IMG/VR virus record: IMGVR_UViG_3300032116_000004 | Span: 124,001 to 188,000 of that record | Reading direction: 5' to 3' (one strand) | Length of the DNA stretch: 64,000 nt | Shown: positions 1 through 9,432 of the stretch, in pieces | How the letters are laid out: every line of letters starts with the position of its first letter | Numbering within the stretch: the first letter of the stretch is position 1 | Notes under the pieces: generated by a model | What the model saw: only the letters and a program-made list of their open reading frames with translations | Database searches by the model: none | Told to the model about the DNA's origin: nothing | Made by a program: the position numbers and the translations under genes

Positions 1-316
1 CGGTGGTGTGGATATCAGTCCCATTGGAGACTGCATGAAAACTGAAGTGTGGGCCATGGGTCGTGAACTGGGCGTGTTGCAAGATATCATTGATGCCGCT
101 CCCACTGATGGTTTATGGGCAGATGGTCGCACTGACGAACAACAGTTAGGCATGACCTACGCCGACCTTGAAGTGGCCATGCGCATGGACCAGGGCGAAA
201 TACAGTGCGATAACAAAGAGCTCAAGAAAAATCTAAAACGATATCGAGAGATCCGTGCTCGCAATCTACACAAGATGCAGGCTATTCCGGTGTGTAAATT
301 CAAAGATCAAGAATGA
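1..316 (+). CDS. nadE: NH3-dependent NAD+ synthetase, C-terminal part (5'-truncated by window)
   Basis: DISPIGDCMKTEVWAMGRELG...PTDGLWADGRTDEQQLGMTY matches the NadE C-terminal motifs. Confidence 0.85.
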   Translation, partial: GGVDISPIGDCMKTEVWAMGRELGVLQDIIDAAPTDGLWADGRTDEQQLGMTYADLEVAMRMDQGEIQCDNKELKKNLKRYREIRARNLHKMQAIPVCKFKDQE

Positions 317-1719
317 CGCCTTGGCAGGAATTTTATCTAAGCATAAAAGATTCATCATGGCCGGACTGCGACCATGAACAAGATTTTTTATCTCTACCAC
401 AGTGGATACAGGATGAGTGTCAACAAGTTCATGGTTATGTGATAGGTAGTTACAGAAATCAGCCTCGATATCAACACAAAACATTTCCCATAAAAACTGC
501 CACAGCTTGTCAACTCAAATGGAACTGGAGCACAGTTTATCTTACGACAGAAAATACTGCCAGTTGTCATCGCACCAATCATCACAAGTTTGATATCGAT
601 GTATTTGATTTTCACAACACTCCTAGCAAGTTGGACGATAGATCTCGCATGCTCCAGGGATTTTGGCCCGAAAAAGGTTGTGGTTATTGTCGAGATATAG
701 AAACGGCCGGAGGACAAAGTGACAGGATAACCAATCTTGATATGCCTGGAATGTTTGCTCCGCCAGAACTGGATGATGATCTTGTTGCTATCCAAGTCAC
801 TCCTCGTATATTAGAAGTTTACTTTGACAATGTCTGTAATTTGAAATGTGTGTATTGCGGTCCGCATTTCAGCAGTTTATGGGATGCTGAAAACAAAAAA
901 CATGGTAAGTTTGAAAAAAATGGTTTGATCATCTCGAATACATTTAAGAAAAGTCCTGATATCGCAAAAAATAAAACCAAGATGTTTGAGTGGATATCGC
1001 AACACGGACATAGCCTTACCAACTTTAATTTCCTTGGCGGCGAGCCTTTGTTCCAAAAAGATCTCGATGATTGTCTGGATTTTTTTGATCACAACCCAAT
1101 GCCGGAACTAGAGTTCCAGATTTTTACCAATCTCAATGCTACTCCGGCTCGAGTGTCTGCGGTGGTAAGCAAAATTAAAAATCTCATTGACAAACAACAT
1201 CTCAAAACTTTTGTGGTAACTGCCAGTCTCGATTGCTGGGGACCTGAACAAGAATATGCACGTTTTCCTCTCAAACTAGACATTTGGGAAAAAAATTTCC
1301 GATACCTGCTTGATCAATCTTGGATTAGATTAATAGTAGGTAGCACACTGACTCCTCTCACTATCAAGACTCTGCCTGATCTTATTGAGCGCATCAATCA
1401 ATGGAGAAAGATACGCCATGTATCTCATTACATGAACAGTGCAGAATCACCGTTGCACATGCATGTTGATATTTTAGGCGATGTTTTCGTGGATGATTTT
1501 AATAGAGCTATCCAGATCATGCCCGAGAATGATGCGGAGCAGATCAATATCAAAAAATATCTGCAAGGCATTGCTCAAGAAAGCGCCAGCAAAGGATTTG
1601 ACACAGAGGAAATCATAAAGCTCCGAGAATTTTTAACCGAACTCGATCGGCGTAGAGCAACCAATTGGCAACGAGTTTTTCCTTGGTTAGAGCCTATTTT
1701 TCAGCAGGTTGACCAATAA
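313..1719 (+). CDS. Radical SAM protein with extra Cys-containing N-terminal region
   Basis: CNLKCVYC motif, GGEP motif, additional Cys (C..CHR, CGYC). Confidence 0.85.
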   Translation: MTPWQEFYLSIKDSSWPDCDHEQDFLSLPQWIQDECQQVHGYVIGSYRNQPRYQHKTFPIKTATACQLKWNWSTVYLTTENTASCHRTNHHKFDIDVFDFHNTPSKLDDRSRMLQGFWPEKGCGYCRDIETAGGQSDRITNLDMPGMFAPPELDDDLVAIQVTPRILEVYFDNVCNLKCVYCGPHFSSLWDAENKKHGKFEKNGLIISNTFKKSPDIAKNKTKMFEWISQHGHSLTNFNFLGGEPLFQKDLDDCLDFFDHNPMPELEFQIFTNLNATPARVSAVVSKIKNLIDKQHLKTFVVTASLDCWGPEQEYARFPLKLDIWEKNFRYLLDQSWIRLIVGSTLTPLTIKTLPDLIERINQWRKIRHVSHYMNSAESPLHMHVDILGDVFVDDFNRAIQIMPENDAEQINIKKYLQGIAQESASKGFDTEEIIKLREFLTELDRRRATNWQRVFPWLEPIFQQVDQ

Positions 1720-1737
1720 TCCAAAAGGTATTATAAT
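1709..1737 (+). promoter_or_regulatory. sigma70-like (early) promoter
   Basis: TTGACC-17 nt-TATAAT. Confidence 0.75.
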
Positions 1738-1766
1738 AATACAATGATAACATTTTGGAGTCATCA

Positions 1767-2168
1767 ATGACCATGCACTTGGAAGGCCCTTGGTTGACCA
1801 CCACTGGCAAAGTAAAAAGCAAACGCCGCCGGTGGGCATCTGCTGATGCGGCCCGCCGAGCCCGTGATCTCAAAGCCGAGTGGGAGCAACGACAACTGGA
1901 ATGGGCCAAACTGGCTCCTAATTTTTCCGGTAAAAAAGTTTCTGTGACTGTGAGCAAAAAATTTCCATCCTACGGTCCGCCACCCGGACGCGAGACTCCT
2001 TATATCCCCAGCCTCAATGGTGGTGTGGATTCTACCCCGGCAGTGAAAGCGCCGGACAAGGTCTACACTGGCACCAAGATCAAGGGCATAGGTACCATGC
2101 ACAAATCTAATGCAGTTCCTATCTTTTCAGACGAAGAAGCCGAAGCCATCGCTCACATGAGACGATAA
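1767..2168 (+). CDS. Hypothetical phage protein
   Basis: GGAG SD before ATG 1767; downstream of promoter; C-terminal KVYTGTKIKGIGTMHKSNAVP. Confidence 0.75.
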   Translation: MTMHLEGPWLTTTGKVKSKRRRWASADAARRARDLKAEWEQRQLEWAKLAPNFSGKKVSVTVSKKFPSYGPPPGRETPYIPSLNGGVDSTPAVKAPDKVYTGTKIKGIGTMHKSNAVPIFSDEEAEAIAHMRR

Positions 2169-2257
2169 TGCCTAATCCAGGACCGTTGATCGCTTATGTG
2201 TTGTTCTGTGTGGTCGTGCCCTTGGCCTTGGCCGCGCTTTACATATTTTTGTCATGA
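2168..2257 (+). CDS. Small membrane peptide (29 aa), not in ORF track
   Basis: MPNPGPLIAYVLFCVVVPLALAALYIFLS; TAATG and ATGA overlaps with both neighbours. Confidence 0.55.
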   Translation: MPNPGPLIAYVLFCVVVPLALAALYIFLS

Positions 2258-2472
2258 TCCTATATCCAGCAAGAGTAGAATGGCAAGCCGGAGATACCAT
2301 ACTGAGTTGGGACGGATTCTTGGAGAGCGTGATCGAAGTGTTTGGACTTCCCGGCGATCGTTATGTCACTGAACTGGATGCCAACTACATGGATTTCAAA
2401 TTTTACACCGAGCAGGACCGCATGTTGTTTTTGACAGGTTGGTCAGCCCGCACTTTACCGGAGCAACGATGA
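2254..2472 (+). CDS. Hypothetical protein
   Basis: Coupled ORF in operon. Confidence 0.65.
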   Translation: MILYPARVEWQAGDTILSWDGFLESVIEVFGLPGDRYVTELDANYMDFKFYTEQDRMLFLTGWSARTLPEQR

Positions 2473-2771
2473 TAGAACAAGGACTTTGGGAATACGATCA
2501 AGTGGATGCCGAAGAGCGAGAACAACTAAAAAAGTGGTTGCGTGGCCTGCTACAGGAACGAGTGGTCACTGTGGAATTCGTCAAGGCCGATGGTAGCCCC
2601 AGGCGCATGGAATGCACACTGGCCGAGAGCGCAGGGGCTAAATATTCCACCAATGAAAGCACACGAAAAAAACCTCATCCTGACACCTGCGTGGTCTGGG
2701 ATACCAATCAAAACGCCTGGCGCAGTTTCCGCTGGGATCGTCTAAAACGGATCACATTCAATCTTGGCTAA
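2469..2771 (+). CDS. WYL_2/Sm-like SH3-fold phage protein
   Basis: [19 protein letters not shown]...VWD...WRSFRWD pattern. Confidence 0.65.
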   Translation: MIEQGLWEYDQVDAEEREQLKKWLRGLLQERVVTVEFVKADGSPRRMECTLAESAGAKYSTNESTRKKPHPDTCVVWDTNQNAWRSFRWDRLKRITFNLG

Positions 2772-2982
2772 AGAAGAAGGCGTAAAAATGGAAGGCACTG
2801 TGGTTGACGTGCTACCCAATGCCATGTTCCGGGTAAAAATAGACGGGCACGAAAATCCTGTGATGGGCATCATTTCGGGCAAGATGCGCATGCACAACAT
2901 CAAGATCCTGCTGGGAGATAGGGTAGAGATGGAGTTCAGTCTCTACGACCTAACCAAAGGGCGCATCACCCGTAGGAGATAA
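2764..2982 (+). CDS. infA: Translation initiation factor IF-1
   Basis: [24 protein letters not shown]...[17 protein letters not shown]...YDLTKGRI. Confidence 0.95.
   Translation: MAKEEGVKMEGTVVDVLPNAMFRVKIDGHENPVMGIISGKMRMHNIKILLGDRVEMEFSLYDLTKGRITRRR
2878..2982 (+). repeat. Direct repeat copy 1 (3' half of infA)
   Basis: 105 bp near-identical to 4586-4690. Confidence 0.95.
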
Positions 2983-3852
2983 ATGTTGTCTTTCTACATT
3001 GTGCCCAGTTTGGACACACACAATACCAAATTTACTTACGGTGAAGCACCGGAAAGATCCTGGTACTACGAATTTGTGACCGGAAAACAAGATCTCTTGA
3101 TCACTGTGGGAGACAGTTGGACCTGGGGAGATAGTCTGGGTCAGATCGATTTTGACAAAGGAATCTTCGATGATATCACTCACAGGACTTCGCATGTTTT
3201 TGGCAGACTGCTGGCAGACAAACTAAACAGAGACTTTCTCATGTTGGCCAAGTGTGGTGCTACCAATTCGGAAATACACAGAATGGCGTTTGGGTATATC
3301 GATCAGATCAAATCAAAATATCGTAAAATTACTGTGGTAATCACGCTCACAGAATTAATGAGAGAAATCACAGGGGATCCATGGTGGTTAGACCCAGCGC
3401 CAACTGAAAATTCATTGGATGGATTCCTAACAGACTATGAATACAATATGCTGGCAACTTTTCATGCGGCCATGCTTGAGCATCCTGATGTGCAATGGAT
3501 CTTGGCAAGAAACTTTACAGTGTCCTATCCATCAAACATCAGTAAGTTTCCGTATATGCTGAAAAAAACCTGGGTTGATATCTTAGCAGAAGCACAAGAA
3601 GATAAATCATTGTATCCACAGGACGCTAGAATTGTCAGTCAGTTAGGATTTGTTCCGTTGGAAGAATATTTACAAAAACGATCGTTGCATCGGTCCTGGC
3701 GACGAGATTTATATGGTCTCATGAGTTCAGCTTCGCTGGCTATAGATTGGTTGATGGACAGTGATCTAAACTATAAAAAAGCCACCAAACATCCCACTGA
3801 ACGAGGGCATGAATTGTGGGCAGATTATCTATACGATATTGTAAAAGGATGA
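2983..3852 (+). CDS. SGNH/GDSL-hydrolase-like protein
   Basis: ITVGDSWTWG block I, GATN, C-terminal KHPTERGH. Confidence 0.65.
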   Translation: MLSFYIVPSLDTHNTKFTYGEAPERSWYYEFVTGKQDLLITVGDSWTWGDSLGQIDFDKGIFDDITHRTSHVFGRLLADKLNRDFLMLAKCGATNSEIHRMAFGYIDQIKSKYRKITVVITLTELMREITGDPWWLDPAPTENSLDGFLTDYEYNMLATFHAAMLEHPDVQWILARNFTVSYPSNISKFPYMLKKTWVDILAEAQEDKSLYPQDARIVSQLGFVPLEEYLQKRSLHRSWRRDLYGLMSSASLAIDWLMDSDLNYKKATKHPTERGHELWADYLYDIVKG

Positions 3853-3865
3853 TATAAAACTAATC

Positions 3866-4561
3866 ATGAAAAACAAAATTGTGGGGTTCGGGGATAGTTT
3901 CGTATTTGGCAGTGAACTTGATGACAACGACGACGGACATAACTCCTGGATCGGCCTATCGGCAAAAAAACTAGGAGTCACATATGAGACCACTGCTGTT
4001 CCAGGATGCGGTAACGAAAATATCGCTCGACAAATACTGACATATTTTTCTAACAATCCATCAGATGATGTGGTAGCAGTGATCAATTGGACCTGGGGAG
4101 CTCGATGGGATTTTTATGTTCCAGGATTGGAACAATGGACCACGTTGGGTTTAACCTGTGTTCCTAGCAAACTGGCACCAATGGTAGGAATAGAAGAAGC
4201 AGAAAAAATACTGGAATTTTATAACAAATATCCTGGACATTCTACCTTATGGGACAAATGGCGGAGTCTGCAAACAATCTACATGGTGCAAACATTTTTA
4301 AAACATAAAAAAATATCCAATATTCAGACTTACATGGATTATGAACTTTGGGACACTCAATGGCATGCTCCAGACTACATCAGGACCTTGCAAGATTTTA
4401 CTAGGCCTTGCATGCAAAATTTTCAGGGTTTGAATTTCTTGGATTGGAGCAGGTCAAAGGGATTTACAGTCACCGACCCAGGTCTGCACCCCCTAAAAGA
4501 GGCTCATGATGCAGCCTGTGATTTGTGGGTGGATAGTTATGCCCAAGCATTAAAAGACTAA
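3866..4561 (+). CDS. SGNH/GDSL-hydrolase-like protein
   Basis: GFGDSFVFG, PGCGN, INWTW, LHPLKEAH. Confidence 0.65.
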   Translation: MKNKIVGFGDSFVFGSELDDNDDGHNSWIGLSAKKLGVTYETTAVPGCGNENIARQILTYFSNNPSDDVVAVINWTWGARWDFYVPGLEQWTTLGLTCVPSKLAPMVGIEEAEKILEFYNKYPGHSTLWDKWRSLQTIYMVQTFLKHKKISNIQTYMDYELWDTQWHAPDYIRTLQDFTRPCMQNFQGLNFLDWSRSKGFTVTDPGLHPLKEAHDAACDLWVDSYAQALKD

Positions 4562-4585
4562 ATATCTATATGCACATTAGTTTAA

Positions 4586-4690
4586 GGCAAGATGCGCATG
4601 CACAACATCAAGATCCTGCTGGGCGATAGGGTAGAGATGGAGTTCAGCCTCTACGATCTAACCAAAGGTCGCATCACACGCAGGCGCTAA
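4586..4690 (+). pseudogene. Orphan duplicate of infA 3' half (repeat copy 2)
   Basis: Encodes the identical [34 protein letters not shown]; differences only synonymous; no infA 5' half. Confidence 0.85.
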
Positions 4691-4710
4691 ATACCATAAA
4701 GGAATGCTTT

Positions 4711-5142
4711 ATGGGATTCGTAAAAGGCAACGACGGTAAACCCCGTTCTATTAAAAATCCACTGGAAGGCTCGATAGGAGACGCCGATCTCGGTGAGGTC
4801 ACGTTCCAGAGCATAACCATCGGCGGAAATGTTGCCGCCGCAAACATACTCACAAATGGCTATCGATATGCCAACGGTGTTGCAGTGGTATTCGGCGGTG
4901 GTAATGTTACTGCAAATTCAGTGAGTTACTCCCAGACCAATCCAGGAGACTGGCCCACAGTGCTAGCCAATGTGCAGGGCGCACTGGACAGCGTGGCCAA
5001 CACCGTGGCCAACATAGAAACAGGTAGCGGATTTAGTTTTATGGGACCTTACAGTAACGATGCCACAGCCGCCGCAGGCGGAGTGGCCATTGGTCAGGTG
5101 TATTTCAACAACTCTGGTGGGTTGGTAGTGAGGCAAACATGA
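4711..5142 (+). CDS. Probable virion structural protein
   Basis: TAAATA at 4688, AAGGA SD; Gly/Asn/Ala-rich; YSNDATAAAGGVAIGQVY motif. Confidence 0.6.
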   Translation: MGFVKGNDGKPRSIKNPLEGSIGDADLGEVTFQSITIGGNVAAANILTNGYRYANGVAVVFGGGNVTANSVSYSQTNPGDWPTVLANVQGALDSVANTVANIETGSGFSFMGPYSNDATAAAGGVAIGQVYFNNSGGLVVRQT

Positions 5143-5717
5143 TGGAAACAGCCGCCGCAATAGCAGAATTTATCAATCTAGTAGAAGCATCTACTCGTCC
5201 TGCCAAACTGGAAACCACTCCTTTGCCCTACGGGATGAAAGATCTAGATCCGGTGATGAGCGAAAAAACCCTGGATTATCATTTTGAGCATCTGGCCCGT
5301 GGCTACGCCAAACGCTACAACGCAGGTGAAGGCAACGCAGATTTCAATCGTGCTGGCAGTTTCTTGCACAACATGTTCTTCCCGCAGTTTCGTGCTCCCA
5401 AGAGCGGCAATCGCCCTAGAGGATCCAGCCTCAAACTCATCGAGCAAAAGTTTGAAGATTTTGATACATTCAAGGACTCAGTGAAAGAAACCGCCATGAA
5501 GATACAGGGATCGGGATGGGTATATCTATCCACTGCAGGCGAAATCAAGACCATCAAAAATCATGCTGTTCGCACTGACATAGCCTTGCTGATCGACTGG
5601 TGGGAACATGCCTGGGCCCTGGATTACCAAAGTGACAAAGAAGCCTATCTCAACAATGTGTGGCGCATCATCAACTGGGACATCATCAACGAGCGCATTG
5701 GTATCATCGAGGAATAA
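5139..5717 (+). CDS. sod: Fe/Mn superoxide dismutase with short N-terminal leader
   Basis: LPY..L.P.MSEKTLDYH, LHNMFF, GSGW, DWWEHAW ligand motifs. Confidence 0.9.
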   Translation: MMETAAAIAEFINLVEASTRPAKLETTPLPYGMKDLDPVMSEKTLDYHFEHLARGYAKRYNAGEGNADFNRAGSFLHNMFFPQFRAPKSGNRPRGSSLKLIEQKFEDFDTFKDSVKETAMKIQGSGWVYLSTAGEIKTIKNHAVRTDIALLIDWWEHAWALDYQSDKEAYLNNVWRIINWDIINERIGIIEE

Positions 5718-5720
5718 ACT

Positions 5721-6044
5721 ATGCAGTTAACGGAATCAGCACAGAGCAAGATACAAGACATATTCGCCGAGGAAAACAATGCCAATCTCAAACTGCGTGT
5801 GTTCGTGCAGGGCGGTGGTTGCTCGGGCATGCAGTATGGTTTCACATTTGATGAAGCACAAAACGAAGACGACTTTGATTTTGATTACAATGGTGTCAAA
5901 CTCTTGGTAGATTCCATGTCATGGGGCTACCTGCAAGGTGCTACAATAGACTACAAAGACGACATCATGGGCAGTAGTTTCAGCATAGAAAACCCCAACG
6001 CACAGACCACCTGCGGTTGCGGATCAAGTTTCTCACCTTACTAG
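5721..6044 (+). CDS. erpA: Fe-S cluster insertion protein (HesB/IscA/ErpA family)
   Basis: [17 protein letters not shown] ... [14 protein letters not shown]. Confidence 0.9.
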   Translation: MQLTESAQSKIQDIFAEENNANLKLRVFVQGGGCSGMQYGFTFDEAQNEDDFDFDYNGVKLLVDSMSWGYLQGATIDYKDDIMGSSFSIENPNAQTTCGCGSSFSPY

Positions 6045-6056
6045 CATAGATCCAAA

Positions 6057-6093
6057 CTGCCTGTTCCGGTAAATATACCAAAGGAACAGGTAG
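6057..6093 (+). promoter_or_regulatory. Late promoter TAAATA inside SD-sequestering hairpin
   Basis: ctgcctgttcc (6057-67) pairs with ggaacaggtag (6083-93); TAAATA at 6070-75. Confidence 0.7.
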
Positions 6094-9000
6094 ATGGCCC
6101 AAGATATTATCAATATTGGCCCACAGCCCAATGACGGGCAGGGTGACAATTTACGCACAGCGTTTGACAAAACCAACGACAATTTCAATCAGATCTGGAC
6201 AGCCGGTCCTGTAGGATCCAATGTCCGTATCGCAGGCAACGTCATCTCCACGCTCCAGGTCAATCAAGATCTAGCCCTGAGCCCCAATGGTGTGGGCAAT
6301 GTGCGCCTCAACAACAACACCATTCCCGGCGCCAACAACACCTGGTTCCTGGGCTCTGCCACCATGCAGTGGCGCGGTTTGTATACGGCGTCGGTAGAAA
6401 CCGGCAACATAACCATCACTGGCACGCTCACAGTGCCCGGCGATGCTGTGATCCAGGGCAATCTCACTGTGGAAGGCGATACCATACAGATTGGCAACAT
6501 CGTCACTGACACCAAGACCATACAGTTGGCCAACACAGCGGCCAATGCCATCCAGGCCAATGGATCGGGCATCACTGTGGGTGCTTCGGACAACATAGCC
6601 ACGTTCCTTTACAATTCCACTTCCAACTCCTGGGTCACCAATCTACCGATCACCTACGCCAACGGTCAACCCATAGGCAAAACGCCTGGCGGCAGCAACA
6701 CCTACATACAGTTCAATGATGCCGGCAACTTTGGCGGCAACGCCAACTTTACCTACAATCGTGCCACAGGCAATTTTTATCTAGGTGGCGCCAATCTCCG
6801 AGCAGTCGCAGGCAACAGCCAACCCTACATCCTTCAGGTGCCCGGAATCGCGTTCCAAGGCGGATCAGCCATCATGGAATGGGACGCAGTAAATCAACAC
6901 GTGGATGTTTCCAACAGTTTTTCTATTTCTGGCACACTGCAATTATACGGCAACTATCCCGGCGATGGAGCGGTAATTACCACAAGCGGCGGGTCTGGGG
7001 TAGACATAACCATTGAACCCTCAGGCAATCTCTATCTCAACGCCGATGGCGGGGAAGTGATTGTTTCTGATCAAACCGCCAGTGTGGATACCAACACAGG
7101 AGCACTCAAAGTCTTGGGTGGCGTTGGAGTAAATGGCAACATCAATGTGGGCGGTAACATCACTGGTGCCAATATCACGGCCAACTATTTCGTTGGCAAT
7201 GGTAGCTTGCTCACCGGCGTGTCCAGTTATGCCAACGCCAATGTGGCAGCCTATGGCGAAGCAGGATGGGCTGGCAATATCATACCCTCGGCCAATGCCA
7301 CTTACAGCCTGGGCAACACCACCACAAGAAGATGGAAAGATATCAATCTTTCCGGTAACATCAACATCGGCGCTGCCAATATCAGCACAGTGCCTGGCAA
7401 TCTACAAACTGCTGTCCTGAGCGTGCCCGGTATCTCTTTCCTGGGTGGCAATGCCATCATGGAATGGGATCCTACCAACCAACACGTTGATATCAGCAAC
7501 AGTTTCAGCGTCAGTGGCACTTTGGCATTGTATGGTAACTATCCTGGCACCGGAGCACTGATCGCTACATCAGGCGGTTCTGGTGTAGACATCAAGATAG
7601 AACCCTCAGGCAACTTGTATCTCAACGCCGACGGTGGCGAAGTCATAGTATCGGATCAAACTGTCAGTGTGGATCCCAACACAGGAGCTCTCAAGGTCTT
7701 GGGTGGCGTTGGAGTAAATGGCAACATCAATGCGGGTGGCAACATCACCGGCAACTATTTCATTGGCAACGGCAGCCAACTCACAAACTTGCCTAGCACT
7801 GACTGGGCTAATATTGGTAATATCACTAATGCCAATGGACCACAAAATATAGCAATAGGAGAAAATGTTCACCAAACATTTACTTACACACCTGGATTTG
7901 GAACTGTGGCCATCGGATATAATGCAGGTCAAACCAACCAAGGTGGATTAACCGTGGCCGTTGGTTGGCAGGCTGGTCAATCCAATCAAAGTAATAATGC
8001 TATAGCAATTGGATATGCCGCAGGCCAAACTGGGCAAGAAGATGGTGCTGTGGCTATTGGTGCTTTTGCTGGTGCTCAACTCCAGGGTGCCGATGCCATA
8101 GCAATTGGTAAGTACGCTGGTTATAATGGAGTTGGTGTAGCACAACCTGATAACACCATCTTCCTAAATGCCACAGGCACAAATATGGGAGGCGTGCCCG
8201 CACAAACAAATAGTTTCTATGTAGCACCCATACGCAATGATGTGGCCAATGTGGCTGAGGTCATGTTCTACAACACTACCAGCAAGGAAATTACCTATGG
8301 CAATGTCATAAGTGTTGCTGGTAACATCACAGGCGGCAACGTCAACACTGGCAAGATCACACTCACCAACGGTGCAGTGATACGAGACACCGCAGGTGAT
8401 GCAGTGGCCATTGGACAACAAGCTGGTGAAACATCACAAGGCAACTATGCAGTGGCCATGGGCTTCCAAGCTGCCATAACCTCACAAGGCATTGGAGCAG
8501 TGGCCATTGGTCGAGAAGCCGGCAACGCACAAGGTGCCTACGCAGTGGCCATTGGTCAAGAAGCTGGGTTTGCCGGGCAGAGCAGTGGTGCAATAGCCAT
8601 AGGTTTAGAGGCTGGCAACAATAATCAAGGCGGCGATTCAGTGGCCATTGGTTACCGTGCCGGAGGGGAAGACCAAGACATCTATGCAGTGGCTATAGGT
8701 TATCAAGCTGGTAACAATACCCAAGGTGGTTCAGCAGTGGCCATTGGTGAAATGGCTGGTACCGACACACAAGGCGTCTCAGCAGTGGCCGTAGGTGACG
8801 GAGCTGGTCGAATCACACAAGGCGAATATGCGGTAGCCTTGGGCTACGGTGCTGGTGACACCAATCAAGGCAACAATTCAATCATCATCAATGCCACCGG
8901 TGGCATACTTAATCAAACCACTGCCAATACATTCACAGTGGCACCCATACGCAATGATGTGGCCAATGTGGCTGAAGTCGTGTTCTATAATACCACATCA

Positions 9001-9432
9001 AAAGAAATCACCTATGGTAATGCTATCAGTGTAACTGGTAACATCTCAGGTGGAAACATTATCACCGCAGGCAACATCACCGGCAACACAGCCGGCTTTG
9101 CCCTAGGTTATAGAGACATACCGCAGGTCGCATTCACAGCTAACGCAACCATTGCTACCACAGACGCTGGCAAGCACTTCTACTCCACCCAAAGCACCGA
9201 CTACATCCTCACAATAGCCAACAACGCCAGCCAAGGGTTTGCGACAGGTGCAGCCATCACAGTGATCAATCAAGGCACAGGCAATATCACAGTGGCCCAA
9301 GGATCTGGAGTAACTCTTTACCTGGCTGGTAATGCCACATCAGGCAACAGGACAGTGGCCACATTTGGTATGGCCACAATCATGAAGGTGGCCACAGACA
9401 CCTGGTTCATCAACGGCACCGGAGTCAGCTAA
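6094..9432 (+). CDS. Tail fibre / adhesin-like virion protein
   Basis: N-terminal INIGPQPNDGQGDNLRTAFDKTNDNF (T4 gp9/10-like anchor), GNITG repeats, YadA-head-like AVAIGxxAG repeats. Confidence 0.8.
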   Translation: MAQDIINIGPQPNDGQGDNLRTAFDKTNDNFNQIWTAGPVGSNVRIAGNVISTLQVNQDLALSPNGVGNVRLNNNTIPGANNTWFLGSATMQWRGLYTASVETGNITITGTLTVPGDAVIQGNLTVEGDTIQIGNIVTDTKTIQLANTAANAIQANGSGITVGASDNIATFLYNSTSNSWVTNLPITYANGQPIGKTPGGSNTYIQFNDAGNFGGNANFTYNRATGNFYLGGANLRAVAGNSQPYILQVPGIAFQGGSAIMEWDAVNQHVDVSNSFSISGTLQLYGNYPGDGAVITTSGGSGVDITIEPSGNLYLNADGGEVIVSDQTASVDTNTGALKVLGGVGVNGNINVGGNITGANITANYFVGNGSLLTGVSSYANANVAAYGEAGWAGNIIPSANATYSLGNTTTRRWKDINLSGNINIGAANISTVPGNLQTAVLSVPGISFLGGNAIMEWDPTNQHVDISNSFSVSGTLALYGNYPGTGALIATSGGSGVDIKIEPSGNLYLNADGGEVIVSDQTVSVDPNTGALKVLGGVGVNGNINAGGNITGNYFIGNGSQLTNLPSTDWANIGNITNANGPQNIAIGENVHQTFTYTPGFGTVAIGYNAGQTNQGGLTVAVGWQAGQSNQSNNAIAIGYAAGQTGQEDGAVAIGAFAGAQLQGADAIAIGKYAGYNGVGVAQPDNTIFLNATGTNMGGVPAQTNSFYVAPIRNDVANVAEVMFYNTTSKEITYGNVISVAGNITGGNVNTGKITLTNGAVIRDTAGDAVAIGQQAGETSQGNYAVAMGFQAAITSQGIGAVAIGREAGNAQGAYAVAIGQEAGFAGQSSGAIAIGLEAGNNNQGGDSVAIGYRAGGEDQDIYAVAIGYQAGNNTQGGSAVAIGEMAGTDTQGVSAVAVGDGAGRITQGEYAVALGYGAGDTNQGNNSIIINATGGILNQTTANTFTVAPIRNDVANVAEVVFYNTTSKEITYGNAISVTGNISGGNIITAGNITGNTAGFALGYRDIPQVAFTANATIATTDAGKHFYSTQSTDYILTIANNASQGFATGAAITVINQGTGNITVAQGSGVTLYLAGNATSGNRTVATFGMATIMKVATDTWFINGTGVS
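6838..7751 (+). repeat. Intragenic duplication (~330 bp units at 6838-7166 and 7423-7751)
   Basis: VPGI.F.GG.AIMEWD...GNIN.GGNITG occurs twice, 585 bp apart. Confidence 0.9.
8221..9022 (+). repeat. Intragenic repeat pair (8221-8305, 8938-9022), each closing a YadA-like repeat block
   Basis: VAPIRNDVANVAEV.FYNTTSKEITYGN twice. Confidence 0.85.

Noticed and set aside
4570-4629. 19-aa [13 protein letters not shown]... after TAAATA
   Set aside because: Reads out of frame through the infA duplicate; more likely a junction remnant than a gene
6838-7751. Diversity-generating retroelement TR/VR pair
   Set aside because: Both copies are in-frame coding, differences are mostly synonymous and not adenine-specific, and no RT is present; the same applies to the infA repeat
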